Numbered from the stretch's first letter, positions 1 to 9,228 are shown. The stretch is DNA of 52,071 nt from an uncultured Gammaproteobacteria bacterium (GCA_964436275.1 CAYTBZ010000005.1:1-52071), one strand, 5' to 3'. Numbers and translations: made by a program. The notes: generated by a model not told the origin, from the sequence alone.

Positions 1-84
1 TGCCGCGGGTGGGACTCGAACCCACAAGGCCTTACGGCCATTGGATTTTAAGTCCAACGTGTATACCAATTCCACCACCGCGGC
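1..84 (-). tRNA. tRNA-Leu(TAA)
   Basis: Reverse complement GCCGCGGTGGTGGAATTGG...TTGGA-CTTAAAA-TCCAA...GGTTCGAGTCCCACCCGCGGCA; long variable arm; the discriminator base sits at the window edge. Confidence 0.95.
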
Positions 85-91
85 TTAAAAT

Positions 92-166
92 TGGAGCGGG
101 AGACGGGAATCGAACCCGCGACCTCTTCCTTGGCAAGGAAGCGTTCTACCACTGAACCACTCCCGC
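92..166 (-). tRNA. tRNA-Gly(GCC)
   Basis: GCGGGAG/CTCCCGC acceptor stem, CTTCC-TTGCCAA-GGAAG anticodon arm, GGTTCGATTCC T-loop, encoded CCA. Confidence 0.96.
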
Positions 167-209
167 TCTCTTAAATGCTCTTATCTTTAGAATATCTTAA
201 AGAAAAAAA

Positions 210-1166
210 TCATTTTTGTAAAGATTTTGGAAATGCTTTTAAGATGGTCTTTCCTTCTTCAGAAAAAACAACCAATTCTACCTCTTTTTCCTTTCTTGCC
301 TTAGATGAATAATTAGCCGTTAATTCGGCAGCCCTTTTTAAAACTAATGAATCTATTTTTTTCCCACGAACTAAAGTAAGTGGGCCAGGCAAACTTTTCA
401 ATTTTAATAAATAATCTCCTTTTCTAAAAAAAGATTTAATTTTTTCATTCTCTTCTTTGTTGCGACCGACAACTATTTTATTTGAATCAAACCAAAAATG
501 ACGACCAACTTTTAGCAATTGAATATCTTCTCCTGAACATTCGGGCCATTTTTGAAAAAGTTCTTTTAATCTTTGACTAAAGCCCGGGTCAGTAAGTAAA
601 CAACCGCCTGCTGGAGTAGGATAATTTTTTAATCCCCACTTTTGAGCAAGTTCTAATTGCGCCTTTCTGCTTCGCCCCTGCAATGCTAATAATTTATCTC
701 GACAGATTTTACCTTGTTTTTCCAGAATAGTCGGTTCAAGCAATTTTGCTGATAATGGCCGAAGAAGATACCCTTCTAAACCTGAGCGTTTTTCTAACAT
801 TCTTAAAATCGATTTGTTTTGAGACATTGGCCTTTCTCCTAAAACTTCTCCTGTTGCCACAAAATCATATTTTTCTTTTTCCATAATCTCTTTTGCCTTT
901 CTTAACATTAATAAATGACAATCAATGCAAGGATTCATATTTTTCCCATATCCCCAGCGGGGATGTTTAACTATTGATAAATGTTCTTGACTAAAATCAA
1001 CTATCTTAAGGCCTAATTTCAGGTCTTTTGCCGACTTTTCTGCTTGTTTCGAATCAAAAAAATAACTTTTAAAAGTTATTAAATCTACTTTAATCCCTTG
1101 TTTTTGGAGTATTTTAACTCCCAAAAGAGAATCTAATCCGCCTGAAAATAAAAACAAACACCGCAT
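210..1166 (-). CDS. PP-loop tRNA thiouridylase-like protein (ThiI/MnmA-related) with C-terminal DUF814/NFACT-R-like domain
   Basis: SGGLDS PP-loop, CIDCH, TGEVLGERPMSQ and GGCLLTDP motifs; C-terminal GRHF...IVVGRN...GP pattern. Confidence 0.75.
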   Translation of the reverse strand: MRCLFLFSGGLDSLLGVKILQKQGIKVDLITFKSYFFDSKQAEKSAKDLKLGLKIVDFSQEHLSIVKHPRWGYGKNMNPCIDCHLLMLRKAKEIMEKEKYDFVATGEVLGERPMSQNKSILRMLEKRSGLEGYLLRPLSAKLLEPTILEKQGKICRDKLLALQGRSRKAQLELAQKWGLKNYPTPAGGCLLTDPGFSQRLKELFQKWPECSGEDIQLLKVGRHFWFDSNKIVVGRNKEENEKIKSFFRKGDYLLKLKSLPGPLTLVRGKKIDSLVLKRAAELTANYSSKARKEKEVELVVFSEEGKTILKAFPKSLQK

Positions 1167-1182
1167 AATTTATTTAATAAAA

Positions 1183-1257
1183 TGGGGTGGGATACGGGAT
1201 TTGAACCCGTCCTAAGGGTTCCACAGACCCTTGTGCTGCCACTACACCAATCCCACC
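1183..1257 (-). tRNA. tRNA-His(GTG)
   Basis: AGGGT-CTGTGGA-ACCCT anticodon arm, encoded G-1, C73 discriminator and CCA. Confidence 0.95.
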
Positions 1258-1260
1258 ATC

Positions 1261-1332
1261 TACCGCGTAGGGGAATCGAACCCCTATTACCAGATTGAAA
1301 GCCTGGTGTCCTAACCATTAGACGAACGCGGC
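1261..1332 (-). tRNA. tRNA-Glu(TTC)
   Basis: CCAGG-CTTTCAA-TCTGG anticodon arm, GGTTCGATTCC T-loop; CCA not encoded. Confidence 0.95.
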
Positions 1333-1363
1333 TCTAAATTTAATTCAAAGGAAATTCTTTTGT

Positions 1364-1410
1364 ATTCTAACCAAAATTACTTCCTTAGTCAATTATCATT
1401 ATGGTATAAT
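1364..1410. promoter_or_regulatory. Divergent sigma70-type promoters (tRNA operon on -, tsaD on +)
   Basis: Minus strand TTGACT (1392-1387)-N17-TAGAAT (1369-1364); plus strand extended -10 TGgTATAAT (1402-1410). Confidence 0.6.
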
Positions 1411-1417
1411 AAATTTA

Positions 1418-2443
1418 ATGATTATTTTAGGCATTGAAACATCTTGCGACGAAACCTCTGCCTCTTTAATTGAAATAAAAAGAGGAGAATTTAAAATTCT
1501 AAAAAACATTGTTGCTTCCCAAATTAAAACTTTTCAAAAATATGGAGGAGTAATTCCAGAATTGTCCGCTCGAGAACATTTAAAAAAAATCATTCCGGTT
1601 ATTAAAAAAGCCCTTCCTTCACAAGGAAAAAAAATTGATTATTTAGCAGTTACCCAAGGACCTGGACTTATGACTTCTCTGTTAATCGGATTAGAAACAG
1701 CCAGAGCCCTGGCTTATCTTTGGAAAATTCCTCTTTTAGGTATCAACCATTTAGAAGGACATATTTATGCCAATTGGTTTAAGAAAAGAAAAATAAATTT
1801 TCCTTTAGTTGCCCTAATTGTTTCTGGGGGTCATACAGAAATTGTTTTAATGAAAGAGCATGGAAAATACAAAAAAATAGGACAAACTTTAGACGACGCT
1901 GCTGGCGAATGCTTTGACAAAGCAGCGAAAATGCTTAACCTCGGCTATCCCGGTGGTCCGATAATTGAGAAATTAGCCCAAAGAGGAAACAATCATTGTT
2001 ATAAATTCCCCCGACCGATGATTAAAAGCAAAGATTTCAATTTTAGTTTTTCTGGACTAAAAACATCGCTCCTTTATTTTCTAAAAAACAATTTTAAGAA
2101 AAAAAATAAACTTGAAAAAGAATTACCCAACATCTGCGCCAGTTTCCAACAAGCAATTATTGATGTCCTTGTTGAAAAAACTCTAAGGGCAGTTCAAAAA
2201 TTCCAAGTTAAAACTCTTTTATTAGCCGGAGGTGTAGCAGCCAATCAAGCATTAAGAAAAAATTTTCAAAATAAAATAGAAAAAAGAGAAATGGAATTAG
2301 AATTCATTTATCCAGATTTAAAATTTTGTACAGATAATGCGGCAATGATTGCTCTAGCCGGATACTTTCACATTTTAAAGAAAAAAATAACGCCTTTAGA
2401 CAAAATAAAAGTTAATCCTCAATTAGAGATAGGTAATGAATAA
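1418..2443 (+). CDS. tsaD: tRNA N6-adenosine threonylcarbamoyltransferase TsaD
   Basis: ILGIETSCDET, NHLEGH, LIVSGGHT, DDAAGECFDK and CTDNAAMI motifs. Confidence 0.97.
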   Translation: MIILGIETSCDETSASLIEIKRGEFKILKNIVASQIKTFQKYGGVIPELSAREHLKKIIPVIKKALPSQGKKIDYLAVTQGPGLMTSLLIGLETARALAYLWKIPLLGINHLEGHIYANWFKKRKINFPLVALIVSGGHTEIVLMKEHGKYKKIGQTLDDAAGECFDKAAKMLNLGYPGGPIIEKLAQRGNNHCYKFPRPMIKSKDFNFSFSGLKTSLLYFLKNNFKKKNKLEKELPNICASFQQAIIDVLVEKTLRAVQKFQVKTLLLAGGVAANQALRKNFQNKIEKREMELEFIYPDLKFCTDNAAMIALAGYFHILKKKITPLDKIKVNPQLEIGNE

Positions 2444-2870
2444 AAAGAAAATAATCACTAAAAACCAAAAACAAACCCTCAATTTAGGGAAAAGTTTTGC
2501 TCAAAGATTGAAAGGAGGAGAAGTTGTTGCTTTATATGGTCAATTAGGAACAGGAAAAACAACTTTTATCAAAGGTATTGGCCAAGGATTAAAAGTAAGA
2601 CAAACGATTACCAGTCCTTCTTTTATTTTAATGAAAATATACCCAATCAGAAAAAAAAGAATTAAATATCTCATCCATTTAGATGCTTATCGGATTAAAA
2701 AAGTTGAAGAACTATCTGATTTAAATGTTTTTGATTATTTTAATCAGCCAGATTCTGTTTGTCTTATTGAATGGGCCGACCGTATAGAAAAAATTTTACC
2801 AAAAGAAAGGATTAATATATATTTTGACTATGGGAAAAAAGAAAATGAAAGAATAATCATTTTCCAATAA
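2436..2870 (+). CDS. tsaE: tRNA threonylcarbamoyladenosine biosynthesis ATPase TsaE
   Basis: LYGQLGTGKTT P-loop, TSPSF, HLDAYR and IEWAD motifs; overlaps the tsaD stop. Confidence 0.96.
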   Translation: MNKKKIITKNQKQTLNLGKSFAQRLKGGEVVALYGQLGTGKTTFIKGIGQGLKVRQTITSPSFILMKIYPIRKKRIKYLIHLDAYRIKKVEELSDLNVFDYFNQPDSVCLIEWADRIEKILPKERINIYFDYGKKENERIIIFQ

Positions 2871-2923
2871 AAACTATTTATTTATCTGTTTAATTTTGCT
2901 AAGATAAAATACTTTAATAAACT

Positions 2924-5314
2924 ATGAGTGAATTAAGTAAAACATATCAAGCAAAAGAAGTTGAAAAAGAAATTTACCAACTTTGGGAAAAGTCGGGCTG
3001 TTTTCATGCGAAAATAAATACAAAGAAAAAACCATTCACAGTAATGATACCCCCGCCTAATATCACTGGCTCTTTACATATGGGTCATGCTTTAAATAAT
3101 ACTATCCAAGATATTCTTGTTCGTTATCATCGGATGAAAGGAGACATTACTCTCTGGTTGCCGGGAATTGATCACGCAGGCATAGCCACACAAAATGTAG
3201 TTGAGAAATTGCTTAGAAAAGAAGGAATAAGCAAAGAACAACTTGGACGAGATAAATTTGTTAAAAGAGTTTGGCAATGGAAAGAAAAATACGGAGAAAT
3301 TATTTTAGAACAATTAAAGAAACTTGGCTGCTCTTGTGATTGGAAACGTCAAAGGTTTACTTTAGATAAAAATTATTCTCAAGCAGTCAAAACTGCCTTC
3401 ATCCACTATTATCAGAAAGGATACCTCTATCGCGGTCCACGAATAGTCAATTGGTGTCCCCGATGTCAAACGGCTATTTCTGATATTGAAGTGAAATATC
3501 AACCAGAAAAAACAAAACTCTATACTTTTAGATATGAAAAAAATTTTCCTTTGGCTATTTCTACTACCAGACCAGAGACAAAATTAGGAGACACGGCTGT
3601 TGCTGTTAATCCTAAAGATAAAAGATATAAAAAATATGTTGGCAAAAAATATTCAGTTAACTTTTTAGGAGTAAAATTAGAAATTAAAATTATTGCTGAT
3701 GAAAAAGTTGACCCTCAATTTGGCACTGGCGCAGTTGGCGTTACCCCGGCTCATAGTCAAATTGACTTTGAACTTGCCCAGAAGCATCATCTTAAAATTA
3801 TCAATGTTATCAATGAACAAGCAAGAATGACTGAAAAAGCCGGCCCTTTTAAAAACCTAACCGTTCAAGAAGCAAGAAAAAAAATTATTGAAGAATTAAA
3901 AAAGAAAAATCTTTTAGAAAAAGTAGAAGATTATGAACATTCTCTTTCGCTTTGTGACCGTTGTGGAACGCCAATTGAACCACTAATCTCTGAACAATGG
4001 TTTGTTAAAATGAAAGATTTGGCTAAACCGGCAATAGAAGTAGTTAAAAAGGGTAAAATAAAATTTATTCCTTCAAGATATAAAAAAATCTATCTTGAAT
4101 GGATGAAGAATATCAAGGACTGGTGTATTTCTCGTCAATTATGGTGGGGGCATCAAATGCCTGTTTATTACTGCGAGAAATGTGATAGAAAACATCAAAA
4201 GCCAATAGTCCAGAAAGAAAAGCCAAAAAAATGTCCTTACTGCGGCTCAGACAAAATTGTCCAAGAAGAAGATGTTTTAGACACTTGGTTCTCTTCTGCT
4301 CTTTGGCCCTTTGCTACTTTGGGTTGGCCCCAAAAAACTAAAGACCTTGCTTATTTTTATCCGACTAGTTTTTTAAGCACTGCTCCAGGCATTATTTATC
4401 TTTGGGTGGCACGAATGATTATTTCTGGTTTAGAGTTTATGAAAAAAATCCCCTTCCCCCTTGTCTATCTCCACGGAACAGTTCTGACTAAGGAAGGGAA
4501 AAGAATGAGTAAATCATTAGGCACAGGAGTTGACCCCTTAAAAATGATAGAGAAATACGGAGCAGACGCCACTCGCTTTGGCATTATTTACCAAGCGCCG
4601 CGTGATTCTCAGGCAATTCGTTTTTCTGAAGAAGCATTAATTTCTAGTCAAAAATTTATTAATAAAATTTGGAATATTGCTCGCTTTATCACTTTAAAAG
4701 AAAAAGAGGGTAGTAAAAAAAAGAAAAGAAAAACTTTGTCTGAAAGATGGATTTTGAGCAGATTAAATAGGTTAATTGAAGATGTTAACCAACAAATAGA
4801 AAGTTTTCATTTCTCTCGGGCTGAACATTTGCTTTATGAATTTATCTGGCATAATTTTGCTGACTGGTATTTAGAAATCTCCAAAACAGAAAAAAATTAT
4901 TCTCTGGTAAAATCTATTTATTTAGAACTGCTTAAACTTCTTCACCCGTTTATCCCTTTTGTTACTGAAGAAATTTATCAAAAAATAAAAGCAAAAGGCA
5001 GAAAGGATATTCTAATGACTTCTCCTTGGCCAAAAGTTAAGAAAAATTTAATTAATAAAAAAGTTGAAGATGAATTTGAACTACTTAAAGAATTCATCAC
5101 TGAAATAAGAAAAACTGCTAAAGAAAAAAAGATAAAACTAAAAGAAGTAAAAACAGTTGAATTAGAAATCAATAAAAAAAGTAAACTTTTCCCCTTAATT
5201 AAAAAGGAATCAACAATTATTGAGGGCTTACTCAAAATTAAATTAAAATTTTCTCCCAATATTCCTTCTCCTTTAACAAAAATAAATAATTTAAAAATAA
5301 ATTTTATTAATTAA
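2924..5314 (+). CDS. valS: Valine--tRNA ligase
   Basis: PPPNITGSLHMGH (HIGH-like), DWCISRQLWWGH, DVLDTWFSS and RMSKS (KMSKS-like) motifs; C-terminal coiled-coil arm shortened. Confidence 0.97.
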   Translation: MSELSKTYQAKEVEKEIYQLWEKSGCFHAKINTKKKPFTVMIPPPNITGSLHMGHALNNTIQDILVRYHRMKGDITLWLPGIDHAGIATQNVVEKLLRKEGISKEQLGRDKFVKRVWQWKEKYGEIILEQLKKLGCSCDWKRQRFTLDKNYSQAVKTAFIHYYQKGYLYRGPRIVNWCPRCQTAISDIEVKYQPEKTKLYTFRYEKNFPLAISTTRPETKLGDTAVAVNPKDKRYKKYVGKKYSVNFLGVKLEIKIIADEKVDPQFGTGAVGVTPAHSQIDFELAQKHHLKIINVINEQARMTEKAGPFKNLTVQEARKKIIEELKKKNLLEKVEDYEHSLSLCDRCGTPIEPLISEQWFVKMKDLAKPAIEVVKKGKIKFIPSRYKKIYLEWMKNIKDWCISRQLWWGHQMPVYYCEKCDRKHQKPIVQKEKPKKCPYCGSDKIVQEEDVLDTWFSSALWPFATLGWPQKTKDLAYFYPTSFLSTAPGIIYLWVARMIISGLEFMKKIPFPLVYLHGTVLTKEGKRMSKSLGTGVDPLKMIEKYGADATRFGIIYQAPRDSQAIRFSEEALISSQKFINKIWNIARFITLKEKEGSKKKKRKTLSERWILSRLNRLIEDVNQQIESFHFSRAEHLLYEFIWHNFADWYLEISKTEKNYSLVKSIYLELLKLLHPFIPFVTEEIYQKIKAKGRKDILMTSPWPKVKKNLINKKVEDEFELLKEFITEIRKTAKEKKIKLKEVKTVELEINKKSKLFPLIKKESTIIEGLLKIKLKFSPNIPSPLTKINNLKINFIN

Positions 5315-5319
5315 ATATT

Positions 5320-6327
5320 ATGATTGACTTTTTTGGTAGAATAAGAAGAGAAGAAGAAAAAATTTTGAATAGTATTAATAGAGAGAAGGGTTATTTAGCC
5401 TATTTACCCGGTCTTTCAGATGAAGAAATAGAAAAATTTAACCGAGAAATAATCAATAGTTGGGAAAGATATCGACCAAATTCAATCAATTTTCAAGATA
5501 TCTATGGAGAAAGGGCAAGAAAAGACCGGGAACAGGTAATCAACTTTGAAAAAAGACCTTCCTTTAAAAAAGAGAAACCTGACGCTGCTTTGGCTTTGGA
5601 ATACATTGTTATGAACGGAATCTATGATTGCAACTGGCTGGGAGAAAACGCTATTGTTACCCCAGCAAGTAGATATGATGACTATTTTAATCAAATTGAT
5701 ATAGTTGTTTCTTTTAACATAGGCGAGAAAAGAAGAAAAATATATTATTTAGGAATTGATATCACCACAGCCAGCAGGAACGAAGAGGTTTTAAAAGAAA
5801 AAATAGAAAATATTGAACAACAATTAAAAGCAAAAAAATTATCTGAGGTAAAATACTTCCAATCAATGGATACTGATGATAAAGAAAGGGGCAGAAGAGA
5901 AATGCCCCGAGTAATTATCTCTGCTAAACCAGAAAAAGTGGGGAAACTGGCTAAATTAGCCCTGGAAAATCGAGGTCGTGGCTTAGCCAATGATGAAATT
6001 AAGTACCAATTCATTTACCAAATAGAAAGACAACTTATGGCTGAGATTAATTATCTTTTAAGAAATAACGGACTTACTAATCAGTGGTTTGAGGATTATC
6101 AATCCCTTAAATTATTTATAAAAAATCATAAAGAAAAGATTAGAAAAGACAAACAGCTTTCAAAAATAATAGAAAGCCATTTTAATGTGCTTAAAATAAT
6201 TGAAAGAAATACACGAAAAGAAAAAGATAAAATTGAAAAATTTGAAAAAAAGAAAGGGCCTCATAACGAGACCCTTAACCCAAACTTTTCTAACTTTTCT
6301 AAAATTTGTTTAAATGTTCTAATTTGA
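5320..6327 (+). CDS. Hypothetical protein, possible PD-(D/E)xK-like fold
   Basis: 335-aa open frame directly after valS; acidic pattern E...YDDYFNQIDIVV...LGIDIT. Confidence 0.6.
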   Translation: MIDFFGRIRREEEKILNSINREKGYLAYLPGLSDEEIEKFNREIINSWERYRPNSINFQDIYGERARKDREQVINFEKRPSFKKEKPDAALALEYIVMNGIYDCNWLGENAIVTPASRYDDYFNQIDIVVSFNIGEKRRKIYYLGIDITTASRNEEVLKEKIENIEQQLKAKKLSEVKYFQSMDTDDKERGRREMPRVIISAKPEKVGKLAKLALENRGRGLANDEIKYQFIYQIERQLMAEINYLLRNNGLTNQWFEDYQSLKLFIKNHKEKIRKDKQLSKIIESHFNVLKIIERNTRKEKDKIEKFEKKKGPHNETLNPNFSNFSKICLNVLI

Positions 6328-6567
6328 ATCTGACTTAAATTTCTCTTCCATTTCTCCAGCGACGTCCTCAAAAAACGGCACTTTTTCTTCTGTCATCTTT
6401 TCTTTGGCTGCTTTAAATACTATTTTTTTATCTCGGCTCTTGCTCTTAATCTTTTGGCAAGCGAGCATTAAATTTTTCGCCTTTACTAATTCACATTTTA
6501 TTTCTTTTCTTCCTTTTCTACCTTTCGGAATGATTACAAAGACAATTTCGTAGGTCTTGAGCGCCAT
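6319..6567 (-). CDS. Small basic hypothetical protein
   Basis: 82 aa; strong AGGAGGG Shine-Dalgarno and a TTGACA promoter upstream support translation. Confidence 0.65.
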   Translation of the reverse strand: MALKTYEIVFVIIPKGRKGRKEIKCELVKAKNLMLACQKIKSKSRDKKIVFKAAKEKMTEEKVPFFEDVAGEMEEKFKSDSN

Positions 6568-6570
6568 TTT

Positions 6571-6621
6571 CCCTCCTTTTTTGGTTTTCTCTTAAATTAG
6601 CACAAAATAAAATTTTGTCAA
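6571..6621 (-). promoter_or_regulatory. Promoter and Shine-Dalgarno of the 82-aa gene
   Basis: TTGACA (6621-6616)-N16-TAATTT preceded by TGC; AGGAGGG (6577-6571). Confidence 0.55.
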
Positions 6622-6626
6622 GGGTT

Positions 6627-8306
6627 TTATTCAGTAACTCGAAAGACCTCCTCAACTGTAGTAATACCATCTATTGCTTTTAATAATCCATCTTGAACCA
6701 TTGATATCATCCCTTGTTTTTTAGCCACTTCTTCCATCTCGTATTCAGAAACATTTTTAGAAAGAATAACCTTCTCTACTTCTTTATTCATCGTCAAAAC
6801 TTCATAAATTCCTATTCTTCCTTTATAACCTAAAAAGTCACATTTTTCGCATCCTTTTCCTTGATAAAATTTTAAATTATTTAAATCTAATTGATAACCA
6901 GAATTCTCCGGAATTTGAGAAAGAATTTTTTTAACTCGGTCCAATTTTTCTTTTTCTAATTTAATTTCCTCTTTACAATTAGGGCAAATTCTTCTGACTA
7001 ATCTCTGCCCAATAACCGCATTTAAAGCCGGAGCAAGTAAAAATGGTTTAACTCCCATTGCTAAAAATCGAGGGATAGCTGCCGGCGCGCTGTTAGTATG
7101 AAGAGTGGAAATCACTAAATGACCGGTTAGAGCAGCATTGATTGCTGTCTCTGCTGTATCTAAATCTCTAATCTCACCAACCATAATTACATCTGGATCT
7201 TGTCTTAAAATAGACCTTAAACCTTTAGCAAAAGTAAATCCTTTTTCTGTATCTATTTGCGACTGATTAATTCCTTCTAAACGATATTCAACCGGGTCTT
7301 CTAAGGTGATAATTTTTACTTCTGGTTTATTCAATTTTTTTAAAATAGCGTATAAAGTTGTCGTTTTACCTGAACCAGTAGGACCAGTAGTAATAATCAT
7401 TCCGTTTGGTCTTTGAATTTCTCTTTTTAATTGCTCAAACGCCCTCCCTCTTAAGCCAAGTTCTTCAAACTCTAAACCAGCAGTAGAAGGCATTAGTAAT
7501 CTTAAAACAATACTTTCGCCATAGTTAGTTGGTAAACAAGAAACACGAACATCAATCTCTTCATTTTTTAAGTAAATAGTGAAACGACCATCTTGGGGCT
7601 TATCACTTACATTAATTAACAACCCAGACAAAAATTTTATTCGCGAAACTAATTTTTTCCATAAATCTTTACTAATATCAGCAACATCGTGAAGAACACC
7701 GTCAATTCTAAATCTTACCTTAATATCTTTTTTTTCTGCTTCTATATGAATATCTGAAGCGCGAGATTTAATTGCTGTAGCAACAATTAAACTGACTAAA
7801 TCTGTAATGGAAACATTGCGAATTTCTTTTGATAAATCTCTAAAGGTTTTAATTTTCTCCTTAAACTTTTCTATATCTTTTTCTGTTATCTTTACCCCTC
7901 TAACTGTTTCCCGAATTTTTGGGAGTCGTTCGTACATTTTTAGGGCACTTTCAAAACTATGTTCAGAAACTAAATAAAGAACGATATGAAGTCCTTGATT
8001 TTTTTTCAATTCTTCAATAAAATTATCTACTTTTTTATCTGGATAATTTACTACACCAATTCTTGCTTCTTTGCCTATTTTTAAAAAACAAATAATTTTT
8101 AGTTCTTCTGCTTTCTTCTTTGGGATAAGATTTAAGGCGTCATCAGAAATAGAAAAACCAAAAAGATTAATGTACTCAAGTCCTAAACTTTGGGCTTTTT
8201 CTTGAGTTAACTTTTCTTTTTCGGCTAATTGTATCTCTTTTAATTTTTCTTTTAGTTTTTCTTCTGGTTTCTCGGCTAATTGGGAAGGAGTAATTTTAGA
8301 AGTCAT
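6627..8306 (-). CDS. Type IV pilus/T2SS assembly ATPase (PilB/GspE family)
   Basis: ASDIHIE, RFRIDGVL, TGPTGSGKTTTLY Walker A, TLEDPVE, LRQDPDVIMVGEIRD and a tetracysteine CPNC...CEKC motif. Confidence 0.95.
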   Translation of the reverse strand: MTSKITPSQLAEKPEEKLKEKLKEIQLAEKEKLTQEKAQSLGLEYINLFGFSISDDALNLIPKKKAEELKIICFLKIGKEARIGVVNYPDKKVDNFIEELKKNQGLHIVLYLVSEHSFESALKMYERLPKIRETVRGVKITEKDIEKFKEKIKTFRDLSKEIRNVSITDLVSLIVATAIKSRASDIHIEAEKKDIKVRFRIDGVLHDVADISKDLWKKLVSRIKFLSGLLINVSDKPQDGRFTIYLKNEEIDVRVSCLPTNYGESIVLRLLMPSTAGLEFEELGLRGRAFEQLKREIQRPNGMIITTGPTGSGKTTTLYAILKKLNKPEVKIITLEDPVEYRLEGINQSQIDTEKGFTFAKGLRSILRQDPDVIMVGEIRDLDTAETAINAALTGHLVISTLHTNSAPAAIPRFLAMGVKPFLLAPALNAVIGQRLVRRICPNCKEEIKLEKEKLDRVKKILSQIPENSGYQLDLNNLKFYQGKGCEKCDFLGYKGRIGIYEVLTMNKEVEKVILSKNVSEYEMEEVAKKQGMISMVQDGLLKAIDGITTVEEVFRVTE

Positions 8307-8316
8307 AAATGTAAAA

Positions 8317-9147
8317 TTAATTTTTCCTTAATAAACCTTTAATTTCAGTTGAAAGTTCTTCTAATGATTGTTTATTTAAACCAGTAATTTTTTGCAACTG
8401 ACGATGAGAAATTTTTAATAAATCTCGACAAAAAATTAAGTTATTTTTAGCCAACTTCTTTTTTACTTTCCGATTAATAGAACCTAAAATAGTTATCGGA
8501 TAAAGCGATTTTTTTTCTAAAAGTTCCCTGATGCTTTCTTTATGGGGATATTTCCAAGAAATCAATTTAATTCCCCGACATTGAGCATATTCTTTGGCTT
8601 CTTTAGAAAAACGTGTATTGCACACTAATACTGCTTTATCAAAATCAAACTGATTTCGGCCTTTTTGAAAACCCTCTTTTAAATCAAGAAAACGGGCATA
8701 AGTATAAAGAACATCTTTTATACCACTATAAATGCCCGGCTGATTGTGGTATTTACATTCAATCATTAAACAATCTTCTTTTTCAGCAATCACATCTACT
8801 TCATGGCTAACACAAGCACCTTGGATAATCTCAGGTAGTTTTGCTTTATAACCATAGACACGGAAAATTTCTTTAACTAATTTCTCAAAAGCAAAACCGG
8901 TTGGTCCTAAATCCATTATCGCTGACTTTAAACTATAACGGGTGGCTGTAACCGGCTCTTCCCTTTTTAAATAACGCAAAATCAATTTTAAAATCTTCCG
9001 AGTAGAGATATTATTGTAACTTACTTTCTCTACTTTTTTAACTACTTCCTCAGCCAAATCTAATGAAGCACCGGCTCTTAAACAAGTTCTTCTTATCTTT
9101 TCCGGTTGAAATTTTTCTCTCTCTCCATTGGCTTTTCTAACCCACAT
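8317..9147 (-). CDS. ATP-cone plus Mrr-like restriction endonuclease domain protein
   Basis: N-terminal VRKANGEREKFQPEKI (ATP-cone pattern); GFAFEKLV...HEVDVIA...IECKYH...NTRFSKEAKEYA (PD-(D/E)xK, Mrr_cat-like). Confidence 0.8.
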   Translation of the reverse strand: MWVRKANGEREKFQPEKIRRTCLRAGASLDLAEEVVKKVEKVSYNNISTRKILKLILRYLKREEPVTATRYSLKSAIMDLGPTGFAFEKLVKEIFRVYGYKAKLPEIIQGACVSHEVDVIAEKEDCLMIECKYHNQPGIYSGIKDVLYTYARFLDLKEGFQKGRNQFDFDKAVLVCNTRFSKEAKEYAQCRGIKLISWKYPHKESIRELLEKKSLYPITILGSINRKVKKKLAKNNLIFCRDLLKISHRQLQKITGLNKQSLEELSTEIKGLLRKN

Positions 9148-9191
9148 ATAATATTATTTCTTTAATATTATCTAATAAAAAGAAAATGAGC

Positions 9192-9221
9192 AAGAAAAGA
9201 GAGCGTCCTAAAACGCTCTCT
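9192..9221 (-). terminator. Intrinsic terminator after the dnaA-orf120 unit
   Basis: AGAGAGCGT (9198-9206)/ACGCTCTCT (9213-9221) stem followed by TTTTCTT on the minus strand. Confidence 0.7.
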
Positions 9222-9228
9222 CAAAAAA

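Noticed and set aside
1133-1318. 61-aa ORF in the track
   Set aside because: Lies on top of tRNA-His and tRNA-Glu; a translation of tRNA sequence.
4498-4515. RMSKS instead of KMSKS in ValRS
   Set aside because: Conservative change at the first position; the catalytic second Lys is retained.
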